This document shows positions 22,430 through 34,700 of a stretch of DNA of 43,622 nt, one piece after another. Under the pieces are notes generated by a model. The model did not search any database and was not told where the DNA came from. It saw only the letters and a list, made by a program, of their open reading frames with translations. Source of the stretch: Macrostomum lignano (Eukaryota); NCBI GenBank assembly GCA_002269645.1, contig NIVC01001983.1, positions 172,654 through 216,275 on the forward strand, in the 5' to 3' direction. Made by a program: the position numbers and the translations under genes. Position 1 is the first letter of the stretch, and each line of letters opens with the position of its first letter.

Positions 22430-22978
22430 CTACTTAGCGTGTCGCTTTTTCCATTCCTCGTCCGGCTGCTCAAGCTCGGTGAGCACGCCGTTAACATCCT
22501 TGGGATGCAGGAACACCACCGGATAGCCGTGGGCGCCCGTTTTGGCTTCGCCGCCAAGAGCGCGCACCTTGTGCTTAGGCAGGTCAGCAATCGCCCCGGA
22601 GATATTGTCAGTCTCAACGCAGATATGATGGATACCGCCAGCCTTGTTCTTGGCTAGGAAATTTGCCACCGGGCTGTCCGAGCCAAGCGGATGCAGCAGT
22701 TCCAGTTTGCAATTGTCCAGCTCAACAAACACCGTAGTGACGCCGTGCTCTGGCAGGTCCTCCGGCTGGCTGACCTTGGCGCCAAACACTTTACTAAATA
22801 GGTCGCTGGATGCTTTCAAATCTGGCACAACTATGGCCACGTGATTGAGACGGGTGAGATTCCACGACCGTTTGCCAGCCAGGCAAGCCGGGCTCGAGTG
22901 CAGCAGAGCCCGACTGGCGGCTGCGGCCAACACTGAGCGGGACTGGCCTAATAGGGACAGGCGACCTAGCAGGGACAT
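22430..22978 (-). CDS. MCEE: Methylmalonyl-CoA epimerase, mitochondrial precursor (intronless, 182 aa)
   Basis: R/L/S/A-rich presequence, then RLNHVAIVVPDL...LPEHGVTTVFVEL...KLELLHPLG..SP..FL.KNKAGGIHHICVETDNI...GAHGYPVVFLHPKD.NGVLTELEQ; VOC-fold metal ligands H, H, E as in MCEE. Confidence 0.95.
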   Translation of the reverse strand: MSLLGRLSLLGQSRSVLAAAASRALLHSSPACLAGKRSWNLTRLNHVAIVVPDLKASSDLFSKVFGAKVSQPEDLPEHGVTTVFVELDNCKLELLHPLGSDSPVANFLAKNKAGGIHHICVETDNISGAIADLPKHKVRALGGEAKTGAHGYPVVFLHPKDVNGVLTELEQPDEEWKKRHAK

Positions 22979-23066
22979 TGTACCGACTGGAGCTGAGTTT
23001 GCAGCGGGTTGAGCAATGATTATTCATTTGTATTTTGCCATGCAATCAGAGCAGCTCTTTCTGTAG

Positions 23067-23212
23067 GCACATACAAGATGCTGTTTGTATGCAGGAATGC
23101 ACTCATACATATGCTCACACAGGGTGTACACTGTGGCCTTGACTTTCCTATCATCGGGCATGTACACTCAGTGTCTTGGGGTTGGTCAGACTCATTAACT
23201 GCTAAGCTACTT
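23067..23212 (-). mobile_element. SINE-like dispersed repeat, copy 2, directly upstream of MCEE
   Basis: Homologous by eye to 14120-14293; head carries the tRNA A-box-like GTAGCTTAGCAGTTAA (minus strand, about 23210-23195). Confidence 0.5.
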
Positions 23213-26200
23213 CACACTCAATGTACCCATTTTACTATTACACAATCATAATCACAACTAAAGTGAAGAGAAGTGTTATTTGTGCTATAAAATACTTTTG
23301 CATTGTTCTTAATTAATGCTTAATTTTTTAAGTAAATTTTTTATTTTTATGTACTTTTAATAATTCAAAATTCAAAATTATCTCTGTCGAAATTGATGGG
23401 AAAGTTTCAGACTTTATAACCATACCAATAAGAGCAATAGTTTTTCTATAAGCTTATCAATAGTTGTTGTAGCTTTTTTATAGCCATAGTCAAATATGCT
23501 TTGGACCAATTGTGTCCTTAACTTTGTTTGAGATTGTATCACCACAGAAAGGTCATTCTATATAAGTTGGATACTAGTCCAAATGTATATTGTAGTTTTT
23601 TAATAATTTACTCAAGGCTTAAAAATATTTAGTCATAAGAATTTAAATGTATTATGCTACTAATACATCAGCTACCAACTTTTTGTAGTCTAGTAAACAA
23701 TTATTAATCTTTCAAGGAATTTTCATTTCATATAACTTGCTTTTTTAATTGATATTTTGATAATTATTTTAGGTAAAAAGTATAAAAGAATATTGTTTAT
23801 TTTTGTACAAATGAAATTTATATATTTCTCATTGTTCATATATTATATACAGGAATTTTTGCCTTCTGAATTATGAATAAAACTATAAGCTTAGGAGTAT
23901 AAGATTAAAAAATGTAAATTATTTTTTATTAAATTTAAATTTCATTTTATTGTGCTTTTAGTTTTATTGAGACATTTCTAGTTTCTATATTAATATAATA
24001 TTATAATATTTCATTTGCTTTTTATATGTATCTATTTTTTCTAAATAGACATAATGAGAATACAAGTATACAATTTAAGGAAATTCAAGTAGTTAAATTA
24101 TTACTTAATAGAACTATACTTTCATATCAATTGTTTCCATTAAAAATTACTAAAATTATCTTACTAAATCTAAAGTATGGTATAAAAGTAAATTGTGCAC
24201 TTTTAATTTATGCTATTTTAAAATAAGCAAAAAATAGGCCTATCACTACTTGGGTCTTAGTTAAAATTAATGTAATTCTAATTGTACAATATTGATCATG
24301 TCAAAGAATATTCTAGAAATTTTAGACTAATTCAATTTAAGGTCAATAAAATCTGCCTAATTTTCCAATATTGCTAAAACTTTTAAATAAATACTAAGAA
24401 GTTAAAAAAATATTTAAAATGGCAAGGATGGTCATTCTTTAAAACTGATAATATGCTAGCTGTTATTATGTTATTTAAGAATTTTGAAGAAGTAGCATTT
24501 CTTGAGAGTTAAAAAATGTATTGACTATATAATACTCAAATGAAAGGTTTTTTGAAAAAGATATTTTATTCTACCAAAAGATTTTCTACTTAAAAATCAC
24601 TTAGATCCTATCCCTTAGAATTATACTATAGATTATAACTAGTATAATCAAATAGTACAGACTTTACAAAGTACAAAAAGACTATAAAGTTTAAATGTTA
24701 TAATGCTATAAATTGAAAACAAAATATACTTGTTTGCCCTTTTTATACATTGGATTTTTTTACTTTGACTAAGGCCAAAGGGCTAAGACAAAATATAATG
24801 AACTAGCAAAAGGTAGCTAATATATTAGTTATTAGTATAAAAGGATTAATATAAATGCAAATGAAAATAAAATAATTATACTATAGGGCATATACCTAGT
24901 CTACCACAATAAATAAAAAATTAAATGAAATTATTGGCAGAAAAATTGCAATATAATGAAATTTACATTAAGTTTTATAGAAATTAGTTAAGATATAGAG
25001 AATATATATGCATCTATGTCCACTGTTTGTTGCCTACTTTGTAAAATATTTAATACTGAGTCTTATTTAAATAGTTTAATGGTGATTTTTAATTTTAAAC
25101 TTATTATGCATGCCATGACAATCTAATAAGTTAACAACATCAATGCCCATTGTCTAGGCAGTAATAGATTTTAACTATGAATATAATATAAATACTTCAT
25201 ATTGCTTTGCATAGTAATCAAACATGATAATGATATATATAATATAGGCCTATATATGCATATATTATATAATTTATTATGAGTAGTATATGTTGTATTT
25301 TATATTATTAGACTAGCATTATCCCTTTAGCTCCTACCATAACTGTATGCATTATAAAAATGTCATTAAAAGCATAATGTTATAACATTATAACAATATT
25401 ATAACTAAGATGATATTAGAAAAATCAATCTCAGGATTGACAGAATATGCCTATTATGGGATTTTGTGACAACTAATTGTAGTAGGTTTAAATTGCCTAG
25501 GCTAGAGGCTTAGCATTAGCAGTAAGGTAGGGATTGGACAAAATTGAATTTTTGCTATTTTTGAAATTCAATATTTTTGACAATATAATATGAAATTTGA
25601 TTAAGACTATGAAATATTTAATTCAAATAAGACAAAACTAAAAACTAAGAATAGGCCTAGTAGTTCTGTTGATACAATACAAATTATACAATTTGATGAT
25701 TTATATATTTGAAAAATAATGTAAACCTCATGCAAATTTTCTAAAAATCACCAAAACCTTTATTCTTTAATTTATAAAAACATAGACATTTTTAGGGTGC
25801 ATCCTTTTCTTTCCTATATACTAAAAATGAGTTGTTTGTACGTAGCTATGTGATTGATTTCATAAAAAAGGGCTTAACCAATTTTCTTCAAACTTGCACC
25901 ATTCGATCAGAAATTTTCCTGGGAACTAAGATGGTACATGCATCTTGGCTAAGAAATTGCTCAATGTTAAAGGAATTAAATATTCGAAAAAAATGCTTTT
26001 TGCAAAGGTCAAGCAGCTCTTTCAACTTGAAATGCATTGTAAGAATAATAGAGAAAAACCTGACTGACTGACTTCTGATTGTGATAAAGATTGCATCACA
26101 ACAAGTTGAAAACAGTGCCAAAGAAAAGCACACATGACTTGATTGAAATTGCGTAACCAAATTGCTAACTTAAATTGAGACTGATACTGGCTGACTGAGA

Positions 26201-26290
26201 AATTGATTATGTCATAACTTTTTACTTTAACCACTTCCTGTAAGAATTGAATTATAAGGGCAACCTAGTTCATGTTCTCCAATTGATAAG

Positions 26291-26350
26291 AGATAGCCTA
26301 GATGCGAACAGACTGGACTGCTAATGTAGCAACCTGGGTTGGAATCTTAG
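26291..26350 (+). pseudogene. Degenerate tRNA-Ser(GCT)-like sequence or tRNA-derived SINE head
   Basis: TAGCCTAG (A-box-like), TGGACTGCTAAT (Ser-GCT anticodon-loop context), GGTTGGAATC (B box with one mismatch). Stems do not pair well, so not a functional tRNA. Confidence 0.4.
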
Positions 26351-26399
26351 TAGTGCAGAATAATTTTTTTATTAAAACACCATAAAAAATACAAAATGC

Positions 26400-26865
26400 T
26401 AAACATTAAAGAGCCACCATGTCAAACTTTAAAGAGTCACCATGTCAAACATTAAAGAGCCACCATGTCAACTATTAAAGAGCTACCATGTCAAATATTA
26501 AAGAACCACCATGTCAAACATATATGTGACTCTGTCAAATGTTAAACACATAAAAGAGACACCATGTCACACAAAAGGGAGCTACCAAGTCAAACATAAA
26601 AGAGACACCATGTCAAACATAAAAGAAGCACTGTGTAAAACAGAAAAGAGGCACTGTGTCAAACATAAAAGAGCCACCATGTCAAACTTTAAAGAGCCAC
26701 CATGTCAAACATTAAAAAGTCACCATGTCAAAACTTGAAGAGCCACCAAGTCAAACATAGAAGAGCCACTATGTCAAACAATAATGAGCCACCATGTCAA
26801 ACATAAAGGAGACATCATTTCAAATGTAAAAAGAAGTGTCATGTCAAACATAAACAAGCCACTAT
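26400..26865. repeat. Degenerate 23-bp minisatellite (TAAAGAGCCACCATGTCAAACAT)
   Basis: Direct reading, about 20 diverged units. Confidence 0.85.
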
Positions 26866-29274
26866 AAAGCTAAAGTAATTGTCGCACTAGGCCTAGCAGC
26901 TACTTGTTTTCTAGTGGATGTTTGCTATTTAAGGATAGATAATTGCTATCAAGGGGATGCTTGCTTTCTGAGGGATGCTTGCTATCTATCTGGGGTAACT
27001 CACAAGGGTAACTTGGGATGCTTGCTATTGGAATGATGCCTGTGCTTGCTCTTGAGAGGTGGAGGGTACTTGCTATCTGAGAGGGGATTGCTAGGCCTAG
27101 CTATCTATAAAGGATTCTTTGTATCTAAGGATGCTGCCTATCTGGGGGATGCTTGCTATCTAGGGTCTTTGTTACTTGTACAGAGCAGAGTTTCTATCCA
27201 GATGTTCCCCATCGGGGGGCGAAGATTGCAGTCATTTTTCTAAAATCTCTTAATATAGGACAGGTGACAGTGACACTAAAATGAGTTGAATTTTTGGCAC
27301 GAATTTGATTCATTTTGAATGCAATGTGTTTATATGTTTGTTCAGTTAATCTATACCATATTTAGAATATTGGAATTCAACCTAGGGGCTCCTTATTTTA
27401 CTTTTTTATATCTTGGATTTTTGGCACTTTAAAATGGGATATAGTTAAGTAAAATTACAAGGGCAGGAAACAAATAAATATAAATAGGCCGAACGAACCT
27501 AATGTCCTAAATAACAATATTGCATTGAGCCTATTGAGAAATTCATTTGCTTTGGTGCCTCTTGTTGTTGTTAGTGTTAGCTGCTTCGTATCGAACTGTA
27601 CATGCATCCATATACTAAAGATGTAAAGTATTTTATGTATCAATTAAATCTCCACACTTTTTATGATGTGTCCGGCATTCTTAAATATTATTGTCTTGTT
27701 GTTTAGTTAGTAGTTATTCAGTAGTGAGTTTCTATTTCCGCGATTCTTACTGTACGTACTTTACTACTATTGTTTTACTGTATCCTAATTCCTATCGTAT
27801 TTCAAATGCAAATGCTCTGTGTTTTGGTGTTAGTTCTCCTGTGCGCCGTAGTAGTTGTAGTTGTAGGGTAGCATAGCCGTTCCAGAGTTCCAGTCGATCC
27901 AGTTTTAATTCAGTAATAGATATAGACATTATTTAGAATTTATCTTAATTACTTTGACTACATAGATTGTTCAGATACGAATACAAATATATAAATGAAA
28001 TGAATTAAGGCGCATTGCACCCACAAGCCAATAACGCAATCGTTCATTCATCTGTCATCACAACGAAAATAAGGCGATTCTTTGAATTCTTGGACTTCAA
28101 GAAACTTATTTTACATTGGCAACCATGCCAGCAAAGAAACGCTGGATCTGCACATTTACAGCCAAGTCAAGTATATTTATTATTGCCTATTCTACCCTGC
28201 CTATTGACTACTGTCTATGCCTAATGGATCATTAAGACAATTGACAATATTTTTTGGTCAGCTATTTTCAATAATATCAATCTGCTTATTGAAGAACTGG
28301 TATTCATTTGGACCTAATTGCTATTATAAATTAATTATCTTGCTTGACTAGTTCTCATTGAAATTTAGTCCTATCAACATATTATTATTAAATGTCAACA
28401 AGATCTCATCAACCGAACAAGGGATCTTCAAAACCGAACATGCAAGTTACTTTCGTTTTTACTGTCTCATGGGGACTATATTCCAAGAGTCTATAAAAGT
28501 GACATACCATTTAAAAGAAGGTATTCTTATCTACAAAATGAGATAAAGTTTTGACAATCTGCTCGATAGATACTCAAGAAAATTAGCAATATTGATAGAA
28601 ATTTTTGAAATAATATGCGTTTTGAAGTTTTTTCTTGATTTGGGATGTCTGTAGAAAAATTGCTCTACAGACCACTATTTTTAACTTACATTCAAAACGA
28701 AACACTTTTTGAATTCAGTGTTAAATTTTCTACAAAGTGATACAACACACATACCAATCTGATAAATAGTTCAGCAAAAAATGCCACTGTTCGGTTGATG
28801 ATACCAAATTGACTGTTCGGTTCGGTTTTCAGATCTCGGGATCATCAACCGAACAGAAAAATCTTCAAAACCGAACGAACAAAAATGGTCCAAAAAAACT
28901 TATTTTTCGCTCGCTTATTCTACCTTACAATAAAAAAGATCTTTTTTAAAAAAGAAAAACTCATTTAAGCCACGTAATTGCAAATATTTCGAGCTTAAAA
29001 ATGTACCAATTTTTATGCAAAATACATAAGAGGATTATTCCATTCTGACAAAATCTTGCTATTAATTGCTTCTATTTCTACTAAAAGTAGCTAAAAGCAA
29101 CATATATATTTTCTTTTCAGAATTCCGCAGCATAAAAAAGAAAATCGAATCAACAAGACAGGCCAAGTTGGATGTGCTAGGCGGCCTACTATAGGCCTAG
29201 GCCTAATGGTAGCCGCTTTACTGTTAAACGATTTAAGAGTAAAGCCTATTAAACGTCTAATTTAATTTATAGTA

Positions 29275-29416
<142 letters not shown>

Positions 29417-29436
29417 CCACAGGTACAATACAAAAT

Positions 29437-30727
29437 TTGATACATGTAGATTGGTGGACTGAAGCAGTTAGAGAGGCGCCCACATGTAGATTGATGGATA
29501 GAAGCAGTTATAGAGAGGCGCCCTTGATACATGTAGATTGATGGATAGAAGCAGTTAGAGAGGCGCCCTTGATACATGTAGATTGATGGATAGAAGCAGT
29601 TAGAGAGGCGCCCTTGATACATGTAGATTGATGGATAGAAGCAGTTAGAGAGGCGCCCTTGATACATGTAGATTGATGGATAGAAGCAGTTAGAGAGGCG
29701 CTCTTGATACATGTAGATTGATGGATAGAAGCAGTTATAGAGAGGCGCCCTTGATACATGTAGATTGATGGATAGAAGCAGTTAGAGAGGCGCCCTTGAT
29801 ACATGTAGATTGATGGATAGAAGCAGTTAGAGAGGCGCCCTTGATACATGTAGATTGATGGATAGAAGCAGTTAGAGAGGCGCCCTTGATACATGTAGAT
29901 TGATGGATAGAAGCAGTTAGAGAGGCGCTCTTGATACATGTAGATTGATGGATAGAAGCAGTTAGAGAGGCGCTCTTGATACATGTAGATTGATGGATAG
30001 AAGCAGTTATAGAGAGGCGCCCTTGATACATGTAGATTGATGGATAGAAGCAGTTAGAGAGGCGCCCTTGATACATGTAGATTGATGGATAGAAGCAGTT
30101 AGAGAGGCGCCCTTGATACATGTAGATTGATGGATAGAAGCAGTTAGAGAGGCGCTCTTGATACATGTAGATTGATGGATAGAAGCAGTTAGAGAGGCGC
30201 TCTTGATACATGTAGATTGATGGATAGAAGCAGTTATAGAGAGGCGCCCTTGATACATGTAGATTGATGGATAGAAGCAGTTAGAGAGGCGCCCTTGATA
30301 CATGTAGATTGATGAACAGCCGTTAGAGAGGCGCCCATGATACATGTAGATTGATGGATAGAAGCAGTTAGAGAGGCGCTCTTGATACATGTAGATTGAT
30401 GGATAGAAGCAGTTAGAGAGGCGCCCACATGTAGATTGATGGATAGAAGCAGTTAGAGAGGCGCCCTTGATACATGTAGATTGATGGATAGAAGCAGTTA
30501 GAGAGGCGTCCTTGATACATGTAGATTGATGGATAGAAGCAGTTAGAGAGGCGCTCTTGATACATGTAGATTGATGGATAGAAGCAGTTAGAGAGGCGCC
30601 CACATGTAGATTGATGGATAGAAGCAGTTAGAGAGGCGCCCACATGTAGATTGATGGATAGAAGCAGTTATAGAGAGGCGCCCTTGATACATGTAGATTG
30701 ATGGATAGAAGCAGTTAGAGAGGCGCT
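29437..30727. repeat. 45-bp minisatellite (TTGATACATGTAGATTGATGGATAGAAGCAGTTAGAGAGGCGCCC)
   Basis: About 29 units with +2 and -6 nt variants; source of the ASLTASIHQSTCIKG pseudo-ORFs. Confidence 0.95.
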
Positions 30728-31412
30728 TTTTTGAAAATTGAATAGAAAAGAGGTTTGACATTATTGTAAAAATTTAATGTACTTTACCTTAAAAGTTGGT
30801 TGAATTGTAAAGTAAATTTGGTAGACTACACTTTCTTGTTAATGCGCTTTCGATTGATAGGCCTTACTCGAGAGCTTTACTCCAGCATATATTTCAAAAA
30901 TGGCCTAAGGATAAAAAAGATAGATACTCAAGAGCCTTGCTTTCTTTGAGCTAGCCTATGCCTAGTTTAAAAGCTGGCCTGTAGTGATGCAATCCTAGGC
31001 CTACCAATGTAAGAGTCAACCTACGAGTACTTGAGCTGTGGGATTTCCAACCAGCCAATGGGAATCAGACCGCGAGTTTTTACTCTTGGATGACTAGGCC
31101 TAACGTGAACTCCCACATTCACATGCCACTGCCAGGCTCCATAACCTTATATTTGAGCAGAACTAGGACCATTGCGCGTAGGCCTACTGATCGGTCTAGG
31201 CCTCATCAATAGAACCGGTATCGGCGCAGCGGGGGGGGTGAGGCAGATCGAGAGGGCTGCTGCCCCGGATGACCCTCCGGACCACCCTACCATCCCTTCG
31301 AGGGGTATGAGCAGCTCGTTGTATTGCGAGATTTTAGCTTAATGCACTGCTCTAATTTTAAAAATTCGCTGGGGGAGGGGGGTCACCACCCAAACACCGC
31401 CCTCTTAATCAG

Positions 31413-31465
31413 CAAGGGCGGATTTACTTGGAACCCCCCAAAATGAAACTCTAGATCCGCCACTG
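31413..31465. mobile_element. 53-bp miniature TIR element with an 8-bp TSD
   Basis: TTAATCAG at 31405-31412 and 31466-31473; imperfect TIRs CAAGGGCGGATTT and reverse complement of the right end CAGTGGCGGATCT (10/13). Superfamily unassigned. Confidence 0.6.
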
Positions 31466-31784
31466 TTAATCAGAGGTGCAGCATCGCAACTGATTTGAAC
31501 CAACATCGAAAGCAAAAATACATTTAGCCTATCGGCCATTTCCGTCACTAGTTAGGGCCTAAAGCAAAACGTAGGCCTATAGTACTCGTATAGGCCTAAA
31601 ATACCTAAATACTTCAATTTTAAAGAATACAAATTAAAGATACATATCTACATAATTTAATTCTTAACTGTACATGAACTCCTAGTTTTCTCTAAGAACT
31701 CATCCTAGACTTATAGTTATCAATTATTATAACTAACATAATTAGCCCTAATTAGTGTTTCAGTGAATTAAAAACAGCAAAATG

Positions 31785-34700
31785 TTTTCTGTGATTGAGT
31801 GAAAATACTGAGCTGGGTCAGACTCAGCTCATTCTGAATGCATTATGGACTCACGTGCTGGGACACACAGAGACAGTTAGAGAAGGAATCGGCCTGTTTG
31901 ATGAAGAGGTTATAGCGGCTCTCAAGTCCTCTCTTTCTGTGTTTGAGTGAAAATGCTGAGCTGGGTCAGACTCAGCTCATTCTGAATGCATGATGGACTC
32001 ACGTGCTGGGACACACAGAGACAGTTAGAGAAGGGATCGGCCTGTTTGATGAAGAGATTATAGCGGCTCTCAAGTCCTCTCTTTCTGTGATTGAGTGAAA
32101 ATGCTGAGCTGGGTCAGACTCAGCTCATTCTGAATGCATTATGGACTCACGTGCTGGGACACACAGAGACAGTTAGAGAAGGAATAGGCCTGTTTGATGA
32201 AGAGGTTATAGCGGCTCTCAAGTCCTCTCTTTCTGTGTTTGAGTGAAAATGCTGAGCTGGGTCAGACTCAGCTCATTCTGAATGCATGATGGACTCACGT
32301 GCTGGGACACACAGAGACAGTTAGAGAAGGGATCGGCCTGTTTGATGAAGAGGTTATAGCGGCTCTCAAGTCCTCTCTTTCTGTGATTGAGTGAAAATGC
32401 TGAGCTGGGTCAGACTCAGCTCATTCTGAATGCATGATGGACTCACGTGCTGGGACACACAGAGACAGTTAGAGAAGGAATAGGCCTGTTTGATGAAGAG
32501 GTTATAGCGGCTCTCAAGTCCTCTCTTTCTGTGTTTGAGTGAAAATGCTGAGCTGGGTCAGACTCAGCTCATTCTGAATGCATGATGGACTCACGTGCTG
32601 GGACACACAGAGACAGTTAGAGAAGGGATCGGCCTGTTTGATGAAGAGATTATAGCGGCTCTCAAGTCCTCTCTTTCTGTGATTGAGTGAAAATGCTGAG
32701 CTGGGTCAGACTCAGCTCATTCTGAATGCATGATGGACTCACGTGCTGGGACACACAGAGACAGTTAGAGAAGGGATCGGCCTGTTTGATGAAGAGATTA
32801 TAGCGGCTCTCAAGTCCTCTCTTTCTGTGATTGAGTGAAAATGCTGAGCTGGGTCAGACTCAGCTCATTCTGAATGCATTATGGACTCACGTGCTGGGAC
32901 ACACAGAGACAGTTAGAGAAGGGATCGGCCTGTTTGATGAAGAGGTTATAGCGGCTTTCAAGTCCTCTCTTTCTGTGATTGAGTGAAAATGCTGAGCTGG
33001 GTCAGACTCAGCTCATTCTGAATGCATGATGGACTCACGTGCTGGGACACACAGAGACAGTTAGAGAAGGAATCGGCCTGTTTGATGAAGAGGTTATAGC
33101 GGCTTTCAAGTCCTCTCTTTCTGTGATTGAGTGAAAATGCTGAGCTGGGCCAGACTCAGCTCATTCTGAATGCATGATGGACTCACGTGCTGGGACACAC
33201 AGAGACAGTTAGAGAAGGGATCGGCCTGTTTGATGAAGAGGTTATAGCGGCTTTCAAGTCCTCTCTTTCTGTGATTGAGTGAAAATGCTGAGCTGGGTCA
33301 GACTCAGCTCATTCTGAATGCATGATGGACTCACGTGCTGGGACACACAGAGACAGTTAGAGAAGGAATCGGCCTGTTTGATGAAGAGGTTATAGCGGCT
33401 TTCAAGTCCTCTCTTTCTGTGATTGAGTGAAAATGCTGAGCTGGGCCAGACTCAGCTCATTCTGAATGCATGATGGACTCACGTGCTGGGACACACAGAG
33501 ACAGTTAGAGAAGGGATCGGCCTGTTTGATGAAGAGATTATAGCGGCTCTCAAGTCCTCTCTTTCTGTGTTTGAGTGAAAATGCTGAGCTGGGTCAGACT
33601 CAGCTCATTCTGAATGCATTATGGACTCACGTGCTGGGACACACAGAGACAGTTAGAGAAGGGATCGGCCTGTTTGATGAAGAGATTATAGCGGCTCTCA
33701 AGTCCTCTCTTTCTGTGATTGAGTGAAAATGCTGAGCTGGGTCAGACTCAGCTCATTCTGAATGCATGATGGACTCACGTGCTGGGACACACAGAGACAG
33801 TTAGAGAAGGGATCGGCCTGTTTGATGAAGAGGTTATAGCGGCTCTCAAGTCCTCTCTTTCTGTGTTTGAGTGAAAATGCTGAGCTGGGTCAGACTCAGC
33901 TCATTCTGAATGCATTATGGACTCACGTGCTGGGACACACAGAGACAGTTAGAGAAGGAATCGGCCTGTTTGATGAAGAGGTTATAGCGGCTCTCAAGTC
34001 CTCTCTTTCTGTGTTTGAGTGAAAATGCTGAGCTGGGTCAGACTCAGCTCATTCTGAATGCATGATGGACTCACGTGCTGGGACACACAGAGACAGTTAG
34101 AGAAGGAATCGGCCTGTTTGATGAAGAGGTTATAGCGGCTCTCAAGTCCTCTCTTTCTGTGTTTGAGTGAAAATGCTGAGCTGGGTCAGACTCAGCTCAT
34201 TCTGAATGCATGATGGACTCACGTGCTGGGACACACAGAGACAGTTAGAGAAGGGATCGGCCTGTTTGATGAAGAGGTTATAGCGGCTCTCAAGTCCTCT
34301 CTTTCTGTGTTTGAGTGAAAATGCTGAGCTGGGTCAGACTCAGCTCATTCTGAATGCATTATGGACTCACGTGCTGGGACACACAGAGACAGTTAGAGAA
34401 GGGATCGGCCTGTTTGATGAAGAGATTATAGCGGCTCTCAAGTCCTCTCTTTCTGTGATTGAGTGAAAATGCTGAGCTGGGTCAGACTCAGCTCATTCTG
34501 AATGCATTATGGACTCACGTGCTGGGACACACAGAGACAGTTAGAGAAGGGATCGGCCTGTTTGATGAAGAGGTTATAGCGGCTCTCAAGTCCTCTCTTT
34601 CTGTGATTGAGTGAAAATGCTGAGCTGGGTCAGACTCAGCTCATTCTGAATGCATTATGGACTCACGTGCTGGGACACACAGAGACAGTTAGAGAAGGAA

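Noticed and set aside
27455-27920. Minus-strand frame beginning MSISITELKLDRLELWNGYATLQ, looking like a decayed gene
   Set aside because: About 10 stops in about 155 codons, no fewer than expected for random AT-rich DNA.
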